From the IMG/VR virus record IMGVR_UViG_3300011269_000001: DNA of 64,000 nucleotides, one strand, 5' to 3'. This document shows, piece by piece, positions 8,951 to 19,952 of this stretch. The DNA comes from a virus. The position numbers and the translations under genes were made by a program. The number at the start of each line of letters is the position of its first letter. Position 1 is the stretch's first letter. The notes beneath the pieces are model-generated. The model worked only from the letters and a program-made list of their open reading frames with translations, had not been told where the DNA came from and searched no databases.

Positions 8951-9166
8951 GTGTCTGATGAAGTCCTGGAAGGACTTTCAGAAAAAGAAATCACGAGTTC
9001 GGAACTGGAAGCCTGCAAAGACGTGGTTGTTTCCTTGAACCCAGTTCCCCTCTCGATTGAGGTTCCGAATGCCAAGACACGAGCCGCGATGGAAGAAGCG
9101 GAGCAAGGCGGTCTGCCTTCGTTCGATACCGTGTCCAAGTTGATGGCGGATTTGAAAGAAGACTGA
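8951..9166 (+). CDS. Small protein resembling the C-terminal half of RelB/DinJ antitoxins
   Basis: VPLSIEVPNAKTRAAMEEAEQGGLPSFDTVSKLMADL matches the typical DinJ/RelB tail (PNxxTxxAMxE...FxSVxELMxDL). Confidence 0.55.
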   Translation: MSDEVLEGLSEKEITSSELEACKDVVVSLNPVPLSIEVPNAKTRAAMEEAEQGGLPSFDTVSKLMADLKED

Positions 9167-10398
9167 TGCACAACCACTCAATCACCGTGGGCTGTCACAC
9201 ACTTTGTCCGGCGTTCTGCGTCTGTGCCTGGCGGTGTGCCTACTGCAATCGTCAACGGCCGATGATGGCGGACACAGAGTCGTGGCCGGTACAGATTTGC
9301 GACGAATGTTACTTGGAGTACTACAATGCACAAGACGATAGGGCCGAAGAAGAGAACGGGGCGGTACATTGAGCGGTTTCCGCATTGCGACCAGCGCATC
9401 CTCCATGCGCCGGAGGAATGCGAGTTCTGTGACCGTCATCCTGAATGGCAGGAACTGAGGATGGCCTGGAGTATTGCCTTTACCGGTTGGACTCCTGACG
9501 CCAATGAGCTTCCCTGTCCAGCCGACAAAGCCCGCGGCCCTGACCATCAGAAATGGCCTGGAAATAGACCCGCCGGCAATGATGGCAAGACCCCTGAGCC
9601 CCTGAGCAGCTAATGACCAAGGAACTCACTGCCGACTCTAAACATTGTGACCATCGGTGGTTTCTTGTGCCCGGCGCCGAAATCGATGGCTGGCAGGTAT
9701 TGGGTTATTGGGTTATTGGCTTTGTGTGCTTTGCAAGTTAAGAGGCCCAAGTAGCCGTTTCGGATGTCCGGGTAAATGGTATGACTACTAAGAAAGAGAA
9801 GAAAGAGGATAACGCCGCGAAGTGGGCCCATGAAATAGCTTTGCGCGCCCGGGCCAAGAAGGTCATCAAGGGCCTGTGCCGCGACCTCCGGGACGCTGAG
9901 AAGATGAAGCTACCCTGTGATGAGTGCGCGGAACCGGCTACTGGCCGTTGTTCGTCCGGGAAGCATTGGCTCTGTGACAGCTGTGAACTCTGCAGGGCCT
10001 GCGGCTGTGATACAATCAGGTCATGAGATATTCTGTCCCGGGCTGGTTTGCCTTCTTGGTCCTGGTGGCCATAATCGGACTTTCTTTATTTGAATTCCGG
10101 ATGGGCTACCTTGCCGGCCTCCAGGCCCTGGAATCGCCTGAATACTGCCCTCCCCGGGGCTTGGACCCCAAACGTTTTGGTCAACCACACCGGTGGAAGA
10201 TATGAAACTGCCAGCTGAACTCATAATCCGCTGGCGCGGCAATGAATTGCGGATGGACAGACTATCTCGCGGCGGCGTGGTAATTCAGGTCGGCGTTGAC
10301 CGTGGCGGTACGCAGCTGGAGTGGAATTATATCGAGCTACCGAAACGCTTCGCGGTCTATGTTCAAAAATACCTTGCCCTAAAGCTACAGAGAAAATC

Positions 10399-10707
10399 AT
10401 GACCCCGGAAGTCGACCTTATGGCAATCTGGCGTCGTTGGGCTGCAGCAACGTCTGGACCCTGGACCGCTGAAGAGGACTCTACGCACCCCCGCGGAGTT
10501 TATCGCGTTGTTGAAGTAGACGCATATCGACGTCGCCGGGAAGCTAGGTGTTCTGCACGACCTCAATATTTTGCGACAGTCTACAGTCTTGCTGACACAG
10601 AGTTCATTGCCCATTCCCGTGAGGACGTCGGGACGTTGTTGGCAGAAATAAAGAAATTGAAAGCCGACTTGGAGGCAAGAACATGTCCTTCCTGCAAACC
10701 GTCCTAG
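10399..10707 (+). CDS. Ead/Ea22-like phage protein
   Basis: AATSGPW...DTEFIAHSREDVGTLLAEIKKL. A similar protein is at 31580-31966 (THPGPW...DVAFLAQSRETVPWLL). Confidence 0.6.
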   Translation: MTPEVDLMAIWRRWAAATSGPWTAEEDSTHPRGVYRVVEVDAYRRRREARCSARPQYFATVYSLADTEFIAHSREDVGTLLAEIKKLKADLEARTCPSCKPS

Positions 10708-11045
10708 GCCTCGCCGGTGGCTCCCTATTCGCCTACGCTGCCGTCCCACAGGCTCTGAGGACCATCAGGGCTGGCAGACACCTTGGCGTGCCCCTGGACC
10801 TCGTAGCGGCCATCCTTGGCGGCACCATGGTCATGTACACGTACCTGACCTGGACCCGAGGCTTCGATTGGGTCCTGGCTGTGAATTACAGTGTCGAGGC
10901 TGCCAGCTGGGGAGTCCTGGGTTTCTACCGACTGTTTAGGCGCCAGCCGGTACTTGAGGTCATTTCTGAAGCCTTCCGGAAGAGCGCTGAGTCCTCGAAG
11001 AATCTCATCCGGGCCATAGACGAAGCCGGTCGGTCAAGAACATGA
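10683..11045 (+). CDS. PQ-loop/SemiSWEET-like membrane protein
   Basis: Three hydrophobic segments with AAVPQALRTIR after the first. Confidence 0.65.
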   Translation: MSFLQTVLGLAGGSLFAYAAVPQALRTIRAGRHLGVPLDLVAAILGGTMVMYTYLTWTRGFDWVLAVNYSVEAASWGVLGFYRLFRRQPVLEVISEAFRKSAESSKNLIRAIDEAGRSRT

Positions 11046-11208
11046 AGGACGCCGCTTTTGTATCTAAGGTTCTTGGATTTTTTATTTTTCTGTCATTTGG
11101 CACCATGACCGTGCTCATGTGGCGGGAAGCAAACCCTTTTGTGTTCCTGTCCGCGACCACCGCGGTACTGGGTTTGACTACTGTCGTTCTTCCTGACTGA
11201 GGGTTCTG

Positions 11209-11508
11209 ATGGAAAACATTACCTGCTACCTTTGTGGAATTGTCTTCGGTTGTCCAGACAATTGGGTTGATAACCGTCGGGACCGGCACGATACCTTTTA
11301 CTGTCCGAATGGGCATGACCAACACTTCGTCGGTAAGTCTGAAGCCGAAAGACTCAAGGATGAGGTAGAAGCTCGGAAGAAGCAACTTCTTAACGCCGAG
11401 GAACGGTTGAAGGAAGTCTGGAAGCGGGTCTACCACCAGGAACGCCGCGCCCGGGCCTATAGGGGCAAGTTCTACAGCATCAAGGAGCGTTTGAATGGAC
11501 GCGCTTAA
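11209..11508 (+). CDS. Zn-finger plus coiled-coil hypothetical phage protein
   Basis: CYLCG...FYCPNGH followed by a coiled coil. Confidence 0.55.
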   Translation: MENITCYLCGIVFGCPDNWVDNRRDRHDTFYCPNGHDQHFVGKSEAERLKDEVEARKKQLLNAEERLKEVWKRVYHQERRARAYRGKFYSIKERLNGRA

Positions 11509-11779
11509 GATGGCCGGGGTTCAGCTACTGACCAACAAGATTATTGAAACGCTTCGATTCTATGGAGTTGAGCCGGCTTCGATTCAAGTCGAGCCGGTTC
11601 GTTCTGACCAACTTGACGTCTTCCCGCTGCGGTTCACCTGTGTCCTGAAGCTGCCCAACCCTGTGAAGTTCGTCCAGCTGAATCTTGAGGAACTTTCTGA
11701 TACGAACGCCCAGGTCATTCTCTCCGCGTTCCAATTGAATTTTATGGACCCGTCCGTAGAGGATTTCCCAGATGAGTGA
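11495..11779 (+). CDS. Hypothetical protein with a segment resembling the tail sheath C-terminus
   Basis: LRFTCVLKLPNPVKFVQLNL versus sheath LRVDVEIKLATAIYFVPISF. Confidence 0.4.
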   Translation: MDALKMAGVQLLTNKIIETLRFYGVEPASIQVEPVRSDQLDVFPLRFTCVLKLPNPVKFVQLNLEELSDTNAQVILSAFQLNFMDPSVEDFPDE

Positions 11780-13180
11780 ATCCTATCAGCCGGAAATTGA
11801 GAAGCTCAAGAATGACTTCGTCAACTGGTGCTGCACGTGGCAGATTGCTGCCCGTCCGCACAGCGGGATGACTGCAGTCGAATGGGCTCTGGATGAGATT
11901 GGCAGGATGACGCTTTATTACCTTCTGGACAAAATGAAAATCCGGCTCTACAACGGGCCTCGTCACGGTCGCCAGCTGGTTCACGCCGTGGTCATCGATA
12001 AAGACATCATGGCAAAGATGCTGGCCACCAAGACCAGCAGTGCGTACTACGAAATCCTAGACCCTTTTCGGAAGCAGGGCCTAGACGACATGCATTTTAT
12101 TGTTCCCGACGCCGTACACAGAATCGGATGCACCTGCTGCCAGGGCGATGGACCGGATATCGACATCCGCCACCCGCGGCCTCAACTTGATGGCTCGGCT
12201 GTGGTAGAATTCTGGGTTGATTTCGATTTCAGGATGCCGGAGGCAGAAGAAAATGAAGAAGAAAGCTAAGCCGAGCCCGTTTCCACGTGTGATTTATGTA
12301 TTCGCCGACGAAGAGTTGCATTCGGGTGTCGTTAACCTGTTAGTGAACAACGGTGACGGAGTTGATGATATTTCTGCCGGCTCGCCGGTGGCTATCTACA
12401 AGCTGGTAGAGACTGGCACGGTCAGGGTTCAGAGCCAGTTTGTTCCGCACTTCACCCCCGGGAACCTGCAGGGTCGAGGTTAAGATGTTCCCTCCTAAAT
12501 GGCTCAAAAAGTTTCGTTGGGACAATGCCAAGCGAGTCACCAAGGCCGACCGCCTGGAGTGGACACGGGGCGTCTTCCAGTCCCTCGTCGGCGGCAAGAC
12601 GAAGGATTATTATTTTCATCTCAGCGGGGATTCCGCGGTCCTGGGCTTTCGGACCGAAAAGGGTCACATCAGTATCTACGACGTGAAGGTGAGAACCATT
12701 TGGGAAGGCTTTGAGCCAAAATGAACCCCGTGGCTGGAATCAAGTATTACTTCCGGTACGGATTCTGGACCACGGTCAAACTTGACTGGCGGGTCTTCGG
12801 GCTCCGTTGGCGTACCTTCTGGAGCCAGCTATTGACGCCATACCTATGGCGAGAACTTCCTCTGCTCCGAAAGCAGATTATCCAACTGACGAACGACCTC
12901 GTCAACGCGGAACAGAATATGGGCAGATGCAATCACTTGACTATCAGAGCCCCGTTCCTGCCCTGCCCGCATCCTGACTGCTATTCGGTTGGTGGAACGC
13001 TCTACCTTAACCACTACCCTGGCCATTGGATTCCGAGACTATTCCTAACACCTGAGGAGCCTATGACGCAACAATCTTCTTGGAAGAGGGAAAAGGTAAC
13101 GATTGGATACAACGCTTATCCCCGGACTGAAGTTTGGGCCTGGATTCCTCTCTGCGGATTTCCTCCGAAGGAGAATCCAG

Positions 13181-14542
13181 ATGCCGTATAGTGGAAAATC
13201 TTTCGTTTTCATCTGTCCGTTCAGCTGCCGGCAGATTCTGAACGTCAGGGCTGCTGACCCCAACGAGGGCTGGATTGACCTTCAGGGACCCGGGACTTCA
13301 TGGGTTAACCTGCACAGGATTTACTGCGACTACGATGTTTGGGACCCCCTGGCAAAAGCGGTCGTGACGTCGAGTGTTGATGACGACCCTATTTCTGATG
13401 AGTTCCCCAATCTGGATGCAGTTCTTGGGTACTTGGTTCCCGGCTATCGCGAGGATGAAGATTTCATCAAGGAACTGAACCCTGACCTCAGTGAGCTACC
13501 GGCTGTAGAGGAAGATGTTGTTTACGACCTGCCCGACGAGAAGTTTCAACCTGCAAAGACCAAGGTCTTGACCGGCGCGGTGGCCAAGCTCATCATCAGG
13601 AATGATGACGGTACGGAACGCGAGATTATCCCTCTCAACAATGTTTCCTGGAGTATGAATTACGACACGAAGCCCGTCTTTATTCTCGGCAAGACCGACC
13701 CCGTTGAATACAGCCCCGGGGATGCTGAAGCAGTGTACAGGGCTGTGACCTGGGAGTCATCGCATAGCGAATCTGGAGAGCTTATCAATGACTCCGGGAC
13801 TCCGCCGGCAAGAGTTGAGTTTATTTCCGCTGAAGAGGCAGTGAAGAATGTGCCGCAGTACTATGACAGCGTTAAGCGGGTAACAGGACCGGTGTTTACC
13901 TTTCCGGTCGAAAAGATTGAAATCGCGGAGGAACTTATCCAAGACCCGCAAAAGGCCTGCGAAGCCGACCGAGACCTCAGCGCCGAAGGCGACCTGTTCC
14001 TGACCGACAAGAGCATTTTCGGGGACATCGACTCCATTACCTGCGATTTCAAGCCTCCAGGCCCCTTGACCATGAAGATGATTGAAGATGCATGGATACA
14101 CGCTCTCAATGACCATGGCCGTTGGCGCGACCACGATTTTGTCATGGACCCGGTAGAGTTGAAGGCTTATCAGGATATTATTGAAGAGTCCGAGAAGAAG
14201 AAATTTAGTGGTCTCGGTATCCAGCTCCCGGAGCTACCCGAAGGTTCGAAATACTGGAATGTCTACCGTGGCTCCGACAAAGTCTTTGCCGGCACCGTGA
14301 ACGCGGCCGGCAATTGGATTGACCTCGACGAGGAAGAAGAGAACGAAGAGACTCCGGTCATCGACGACGAGCCTGATGAAGGTGATGCCCCGGACTGCAT
14401 GCGCTGTGGAATTGAACTCTGCGACGCCCTGGACCATTGGTACGGGCATCCGGATGACGTCCGCCAGGACTACTGCGCCAAGTGCCGGAAGCTTCCAGAG
14501 GTCGACAAGCTCGGCCTATCACCTGACTACAAGGGGACGTGA
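13181..14542 (+). CDS. Acidic mosaic protein containing tail-tube-like and capsid-like segments
   Basis: ATG at 13181 preceded by AAGGAG. Manual alignment to this window's tail tube and MCP (see findings). Confidence 0.75.
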   Translation: MPYSGKSFVFICPFSCRQILNVRAADPNEGWIDLQGPGTSWVNLHRIYCDYDVWDPLAKAVVTSSVDDDPISDEFPNLDAVLGYLVPGYREDEDFIKELNPDLSELPAVEEDVVYDLPDEKFQPAKTKVLTGAVAKLIIRNDDGTEREIIPLNNVSWSMNYDTKPVFILGKTDPVEYSPGDAEAVYRAVTWESSHSESGELINDSGTPPARVEFISAEEAVKNVPQYYDSVKRVTGPVFTFPVEKIEIAEELIQDPQKACEADRDLSAEGDLFLTDKSIFGDIDSITCDFKPPGPLTMKMIEDAWIHALNDHGRWRDHDFVMDPVELKAYQDIIEESEKKKFSGLGIQLPELPEGSKYWNVYRGSDKVFAGTVNAAGNWIDLDEEEENEETPVIDDEPDEGDAPDCMRCGIELCDALDHWYGHPDDVRQDYCAKCRKLPEVDKLGLSPDYKGT

Positions 14543-14804
14543 CCCATGGGCTATCCAATGACCTATCGGCGGGTTATCAACCGCAACAACCTCCTGGAAG
14601 GTTATGAGAGCACGAGGCCTAACCGTCTCATTGCCGGTGACCTCCGGCGTCTGGAGGCCGACACCCGAGATGAAGGGCATTTGAATCTCTACGCTCAGAT
14701 TGCAGGCACGACCCCGGACATCGTGAAAAAGATTTTCGATGAATTCTTTGAATGCAGTCGCTGGAAGTTTACGCCAAAAGGCATCGAATTGTTTTTGAGG
14801 AGAA

Positions 14805-15107
14805 ATGAAAATGAAAAAGCTTGACGGTTTCGTAGAAATCAAAACCCTGACTCCGGACATGGAATTCGCGCCCGGAATTGACCCCACGACCGCGGGAATA
14901 GCCGTGGTCGAAGCCGGTGGGAAACTCTGGCCTTGGACCAAACTCAGCACCCAACGTGACATCGAGGAAGCCTGGGTTCTATTCGAAGGTATCGGGCTAC
15001 CGGTTACCATCGTGTACATGAATGCTGACGACCTGAAGGCTTACAATCAGTTGGTGTGGAGAACGAAGGAAACCGTTATCCTCCGGGAGTCAGATGAGCT
15101 TGCGTAG
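14805..15107 (+). CDS. Small protein resembling an internal capsid-protein segment
   Basis: VVEAGGKL...TQRDIEEAW...YMNADDLKAYNQL versus MCP VVIQGGGTLTQDNIEDAS...VVDPKVLSAYNKI. Confidence 0.55.
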   Translation: MKMKKLDGFVEIKTLTPDMEFAPGIDPTTAGIAVVEAGGKLWPWTKLSTQRDIEEAWVLFEGIGLPVTIVYMNADDLKAYNQLVWRTKETVILRESDELA

Positions 15108-16706
15108 CGAAAATATGAAATTGACCAACCGGGCCTACTGGACCCCGGTGGTCAACATGGTTGAAGTCGAGTGCGCCTGCCTGGAGAAGTTCTATGTTCG
15201 GGCCGACCGTGCTAAGATAGTGTGTCCGTCGTGCCGTCGCACGGCCAATATTCACGTCCTGAGGATAGCATGATTGGCGGAGCCAGCAAGCACAGTCACG
15301 ATGATGCCTGTTTTCTCCGCCAGGCAGGGTATAATCATCGTCTAAACGACTGCGTGAATTGTGGCTCCGGACCGGAGGAACACTTCGCCCCGGAGCTGTT
15401 CTGTACTTATCAGATGATTCCCGGTGACAGGCCAGAGAGATATGAATCGATGATACTGAGAAAAATCGCTGACTCCCCGGAGCCCTGCCGCGACCGTGAG
15501 CACCTGCCTCCGTCAATGATTAGCCTGAGCCCAGGCCTCTGGGAGCACACCTGCCCCGGTTGCGGAAAGAAAATTATTTTTTACATCTCCGGGAAGTTCC
15601 TGGAGTTGAAGCCCAACATGCACCGGAGCATTCTCCCGGTCCGCTTGCCGCGGAAAAACGAGGTCTGGATATGACAATGATAGTCGAAAATCGTCAACAG
15701 GTTATGGAGCCTTTTCTCAGTGAAAAGGCAAAAGCAGCTTTCGCGCCTGAGAAGTCGTTCAAGTCTCTGGAACGGTACCGGGATGAAACCCGTGAAGCCT
15801 CAGGTCGAATCAAGTGCATCTTTCTTTCGAAGCTTGTACCCAAGGTCAGTATCGAGGAACGGGTTGCGGAGCACTTTGCCGGAATTTTGAATCAGCTCGC
15901 CGAGTTCAATCTCCTTGAAGGGCACTTGGTCACCTTCAGCCGAATTGAGGCCATCATCTTCGGTGGTTACCAGGACCTGAAATGGACCGGGGAGCCGGTT
16001 TACGGCTACGCGTATCTGTGCTTTGTGCATGTACCGGCAGAGGAAGAATACCTGGCTACTGCCATCGCCAATGCCAATGACGTCACCGTCAGACGTGAAG
16101 GTTCGATTGGAGAAGTCTGTTATGATTTCTGTCCAATGTCCACGAGCGGGCAGACTCTGAAGGACTTGGCCGATTCCTTTAAGGGCGTTCTCAAGACCGG
16201 CGAGTCTGCGTAATGGGCTGCAAGCATGAGCATCAGATGCGGAAGCTCATCAACTTTGACGAGCAACGCGCTGACCCTGACCCTGAGTATCCAACGCCGG
16301 TAAACCACCAGGTGAACTTTTGTTGCGATTGCTGGCAGGTCATTGGCCAGGAGCGGTCGAACCTTTGGGGACGAGCTGTGTACCTCTGGTATCGGTTTGG
16401 CGTTCGCGCCCGATGACTCGATGGAAGATTTCTCGTGAAGCGCGTACGTCAGTGTCGAATCTGTAATTCGCGTCCGGCGCCGGCAGGCGTCATATGCGGC
16501 CTCTGTCTTCGGTCCTATCGTATAATCGTCCAGGAAGGTGCCTTCGATGTTGCTGTCTGGGCCGCAGAACGTGCCCGCAAGTACGAACGCCAGGCCCGTG
16601 GGGTTCTGAGTCGTCTGGAGAGTGAGTTTGTCATCAAGTTGATAAAGCGTCCGCCGCAGGTTAACAGTCGTCTTCTCCAGGCAATGAAGAACTACGAGAG
16701 TGTCTT

Positions 16707-17039
16707 ATGTCCTCCCCCAGAGTTGTCCACTGCAAGCGGGATAAATTTGACGTCTACATCGGCAGGCCCTCAAAATGGGGCAATCCCTTCAGCCACAAGT
16801 CCGGCACCTTAGCTCAGTTCCGGGTCGCTACCCGTGAGGAAGCCGTGGCCCGGTATCGTGAGTGGTTCCCCCAGCAGTCTCATCTTGTGGCCGACCTCGG
16901 GGAACTGATTGACAAGGTCCTGGGTTGATGGTGCGACCCCCATGCGTGTCATGGGCATGTGCTCGTGGATTTCGCCGGCCGGATGAAGATGCTCAGGGGT
17001 CTGAAATCAACTCCAGGACTAGCAGTTGGTTTTCCCTGA
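16707..17039 (+). CDS. DUF4326-family protein with in-frame TGA at 16926 (selenocysteine readthrough candidate or pseudogene)
   Basis: VVHCKRDKFDVYIGRPSKWGNPF...KVLG-TGA-WCDPHACHGHVL. The family motif LGCWCxPxxCHGxVL continues in frame past the stop. Confidence 0.8.
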
Positions 17040-18078
17040 ACTTCATGCTGTGGCAAATTTTGCCGTGGAGTTCGGGGTTGCTGTCCAGGGTCTCGGCATC
17101 GGGGGCCTCAGTGTTCAAGTCCCAGTGCGCGCCCATGCCCTCGGTGATGACCTGTTCATAGGCGTACGGGCCATTGAGGAGTCGACGGAAGGTTAAATGC
17201 ATCTCAGGGTTGACCGGGTTAAGGTCGTAGATGTCACCGTCTTCGTCTCGGACGATTTCGATGATGGCTCTGGCTTTCATGTCAGCTTCCCATCGCGGCC
17301 TTGGTGGTAGTGTCCTGCTTGGACGTCTTTCCAGAAGAGCATGGTCAGAACCCGATGCAGATGCCGAAAAAGTGCAAGACCCGATCGAGGATGAAATATG
17401 CCAAAGTCCCGAGGCCCCCAACCCAGAGCACGACCCGATGCCACCAGACCCTGCAGATTGGTCCGTACTTGGCTTTCATCGTGATGTCTTGCGCCAGGGA
17501 TGGTCGGGGTGGTTCTCTTCCAGGCGCCAGTTGTTGTCATCCCAGGCCTGGAGATAAGCGCCGCGTCCCGAATACTCTACCTGGTGACAACGTTCGCAGT
17601 GTCGACGCCGGGTGTAAGGGCGCCTGAACTTATAGTCCGGATTGTCCGGGCCAATGGTGTAGATTACCCAGAGATGAAATCCCAACCGGCAAAGCCAGGG
17701 GACTTCTACTTTGGGCTCGGGTTTGATGAGCACCCCATCCTTCCAATAGCCGCGCCGGCGCTCTTCCTCGTCCAGTTCGTCTTGGATTTCTTTGGCGCCT
17801 TCTCTGATGAGCCGGTCGCATTCCGCGTTGAAGCTCCTAAATAGACGCATCATGACGGCGATTGTACCAGATAATCCTTCTTGCAGGTAGGGCAGACGCC
17901 TTCGGTCGGTCGCTGACTGGTGGCCATCATAATAAAATGTGCACACGGCAGCCGATGGGTCCGGAGTCCGCGGGGTTTCCCGGTGCCCTTGTTGGTCTTC
18001 CGGCCCGCCATCCGAGCAAGAGTTCCACCGCCGCTGACGATGGGGGTCTTGCTGCCTTTGTTTGCTCCCGTCTTTGCG

Positions 18079-18477
18079 TCAGCCATTTTGTTTCTCCAGT
18101 TCCTTCACTGCCAGGTTCTCGGCTCTTGAAAGAACAGTCACTACATCCCAGGTGGATTTGGCTACTCGGTTGTTCCACTCGACCATGAATTGCCAAGGTA
18201 TAATGGTCTCTAACTCCTGCTTTTCGGTAGCGGTAAGAGTGTCCACAATGACTTCTTTTATAAAAAGGCTTGCGATGTCTTGCGAAGGTATTTCCCAGTG
18301 TTTAGAAAACTCTTTACGTTTGAGGTGGGGGCGGATTTCAATGCCCATGAGCGCTCCGCCAATACACCGCTTGCCGGACAGGTCCTGGAGAGTTCTTCTT
18401 GTCCATCCGTCTTTGATGATGAGTCGTCGGCCCAGGGCAATGGACCGTCGGGCTGATTCAATTAGGTCGGGTCTCAT
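18079..18477 (-). CDS. Hypothetical protein (DUF6197-like)
   Basis: GWTRRTL...RCIGGAL...WNNRVAKSTWDVVTVL pattern. Confidence 0.45.
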   Translation of the reverse strand: MRPDLIESARRSIALGRRLIIKDGWTRRTLQDLSGKRCIGGALMGIEIRPHLKRKEFSKHWEIPSQDIASLFIKEVIVDTLTATEKQELETIIPWQFMVEWNNRVAKSTWDVVTVLSRAENLAVKELEKQNG

Positions 18478-19952
18478 TTTGTTTCCTTTGCCATTCGGGC
18501 GTAGATGATAGCAGCTTTGGCCAATCTCCGCCAGAAACGAAGACCTACTCTATCTTTAGGGTCGTCGCGCGTTGGAAGAGGAGCATTCGTCCAGTTTCTT
18601 GCGGCTTCTCTCAGGGCTATAGCTTGTCTGCTGATTCGCAGCTCATATTGTTTTTTGGTCTCGCTCATTTGCGTTTGAGGTATCTCTTGGCTTTCTTTAG
18701 GGTCTTTGTTTTCTTCGGGCTGGGGTCACTTCTGATAAGGTCCTGCAGCTGGCTGATGCCCAGGCTCACCCCGAGAGCCATTTCGGCGTCGAAGAGGAGC
18801 TTCTGTCTCTCGCTGATGAACTTCCTGGCCTTGTTGCGGACGTTTTGAACCGCTTCTTGCGGGGTGTCACCAGACTCAGCCCAGGTGCCGCTGCCGGGAT
18901 ATTTCCCGTCGCCCAGGAATGCGGTAAACCATTCCGCCGGCTTCGTCTTATCAAGACAGTGACCTGGTACAACGGTCAGGCCCTTGAGGAGGGCACAGTA
19001 GTGCCAGCCCAGATTTTCGAAGACATGGGATTCCCAGCCCGGGCCTAGATTCTGACACAACTCCGCAGCATAGGCGGTGGCTTGTTCCCGGGTGGTGAGA
19101 TAGCCAGTGGGTTTCAAAATAAGTCCTCCTCGTACCGGTAGTCTACTCCGTAAACTCCTTCGTAGCCCTCGATATCCCGCCGCTGGTACGCAGCTTCTGA
19201 CCAGTTGTCGTATGGACCTGACTCGAACTTCTTAGGCTCTCCGTCAGGGGTCAGGCCCTGTCCTTCGACGTGATACGTGACGTAGATTTTCATGGAGACT
19301 GTGGGACTCCTGAAGGTGGGGGTCTGGTACCGCTGATTGTGGTGCCGCTGCGATGGTAGTAGTCCTTGAGTTCCCAGCGTAGCTCGGCGGTAAGCTTCAT
19401 CATCTTGGCCAGAGCCCAGCGGTTTCCTCCGACGCCGTTGTAATTAGACCCAAGCTCGTGTTCCACTTCGTCGAGGAGCTGATGTATTTTCCCTGTATCC
19501 ATGGCTAGGCCTGCTTCTTGGCCCTGAGGCCAGTCGAGGAACGGATTGCCGGAGCGCAGGTCCCGGAGAATACTGTCTTGTCACCCAGGCATCGCTTGCA
19601 CCTGACGTTATTGTGACCGAGCTTGTGACCGAGCTTCTTTGCAGCAACTCGTTGCTGGGTTCGGGACATCCTTCGCGCGGTGCGGCGCTTGGCCTTCTCT
19701 TTGGTTTGACGTTCAGCTTTGACTTTGGCTGCAGCTTGGTCGAGGACCTCATCCGATGCATTGGCCAGCATTTCCGGTGTCAGTGGAGCTTCCATTTTCG
19801 CAGCATCCTCTCTATTCCTTCCGGGGTGGGATTGTCAAGTATGGCCTGGACTTCCTCGGCATCTTCCATCCTGGGGAAGACAATCGAGGTCGACCTGCCG
19901 GTGGTGGGGTGCTTGAAAAACACACCCCATCCCCATCGGACCTTGTAGGCCA

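Noticed and set aside
16926-16928. Genome-wide TGA reassignment
   Set aside because: Many genes end cleanly at TGA, often in ATGA overlaps, and Trp or Gly would not restore the conserved Cys
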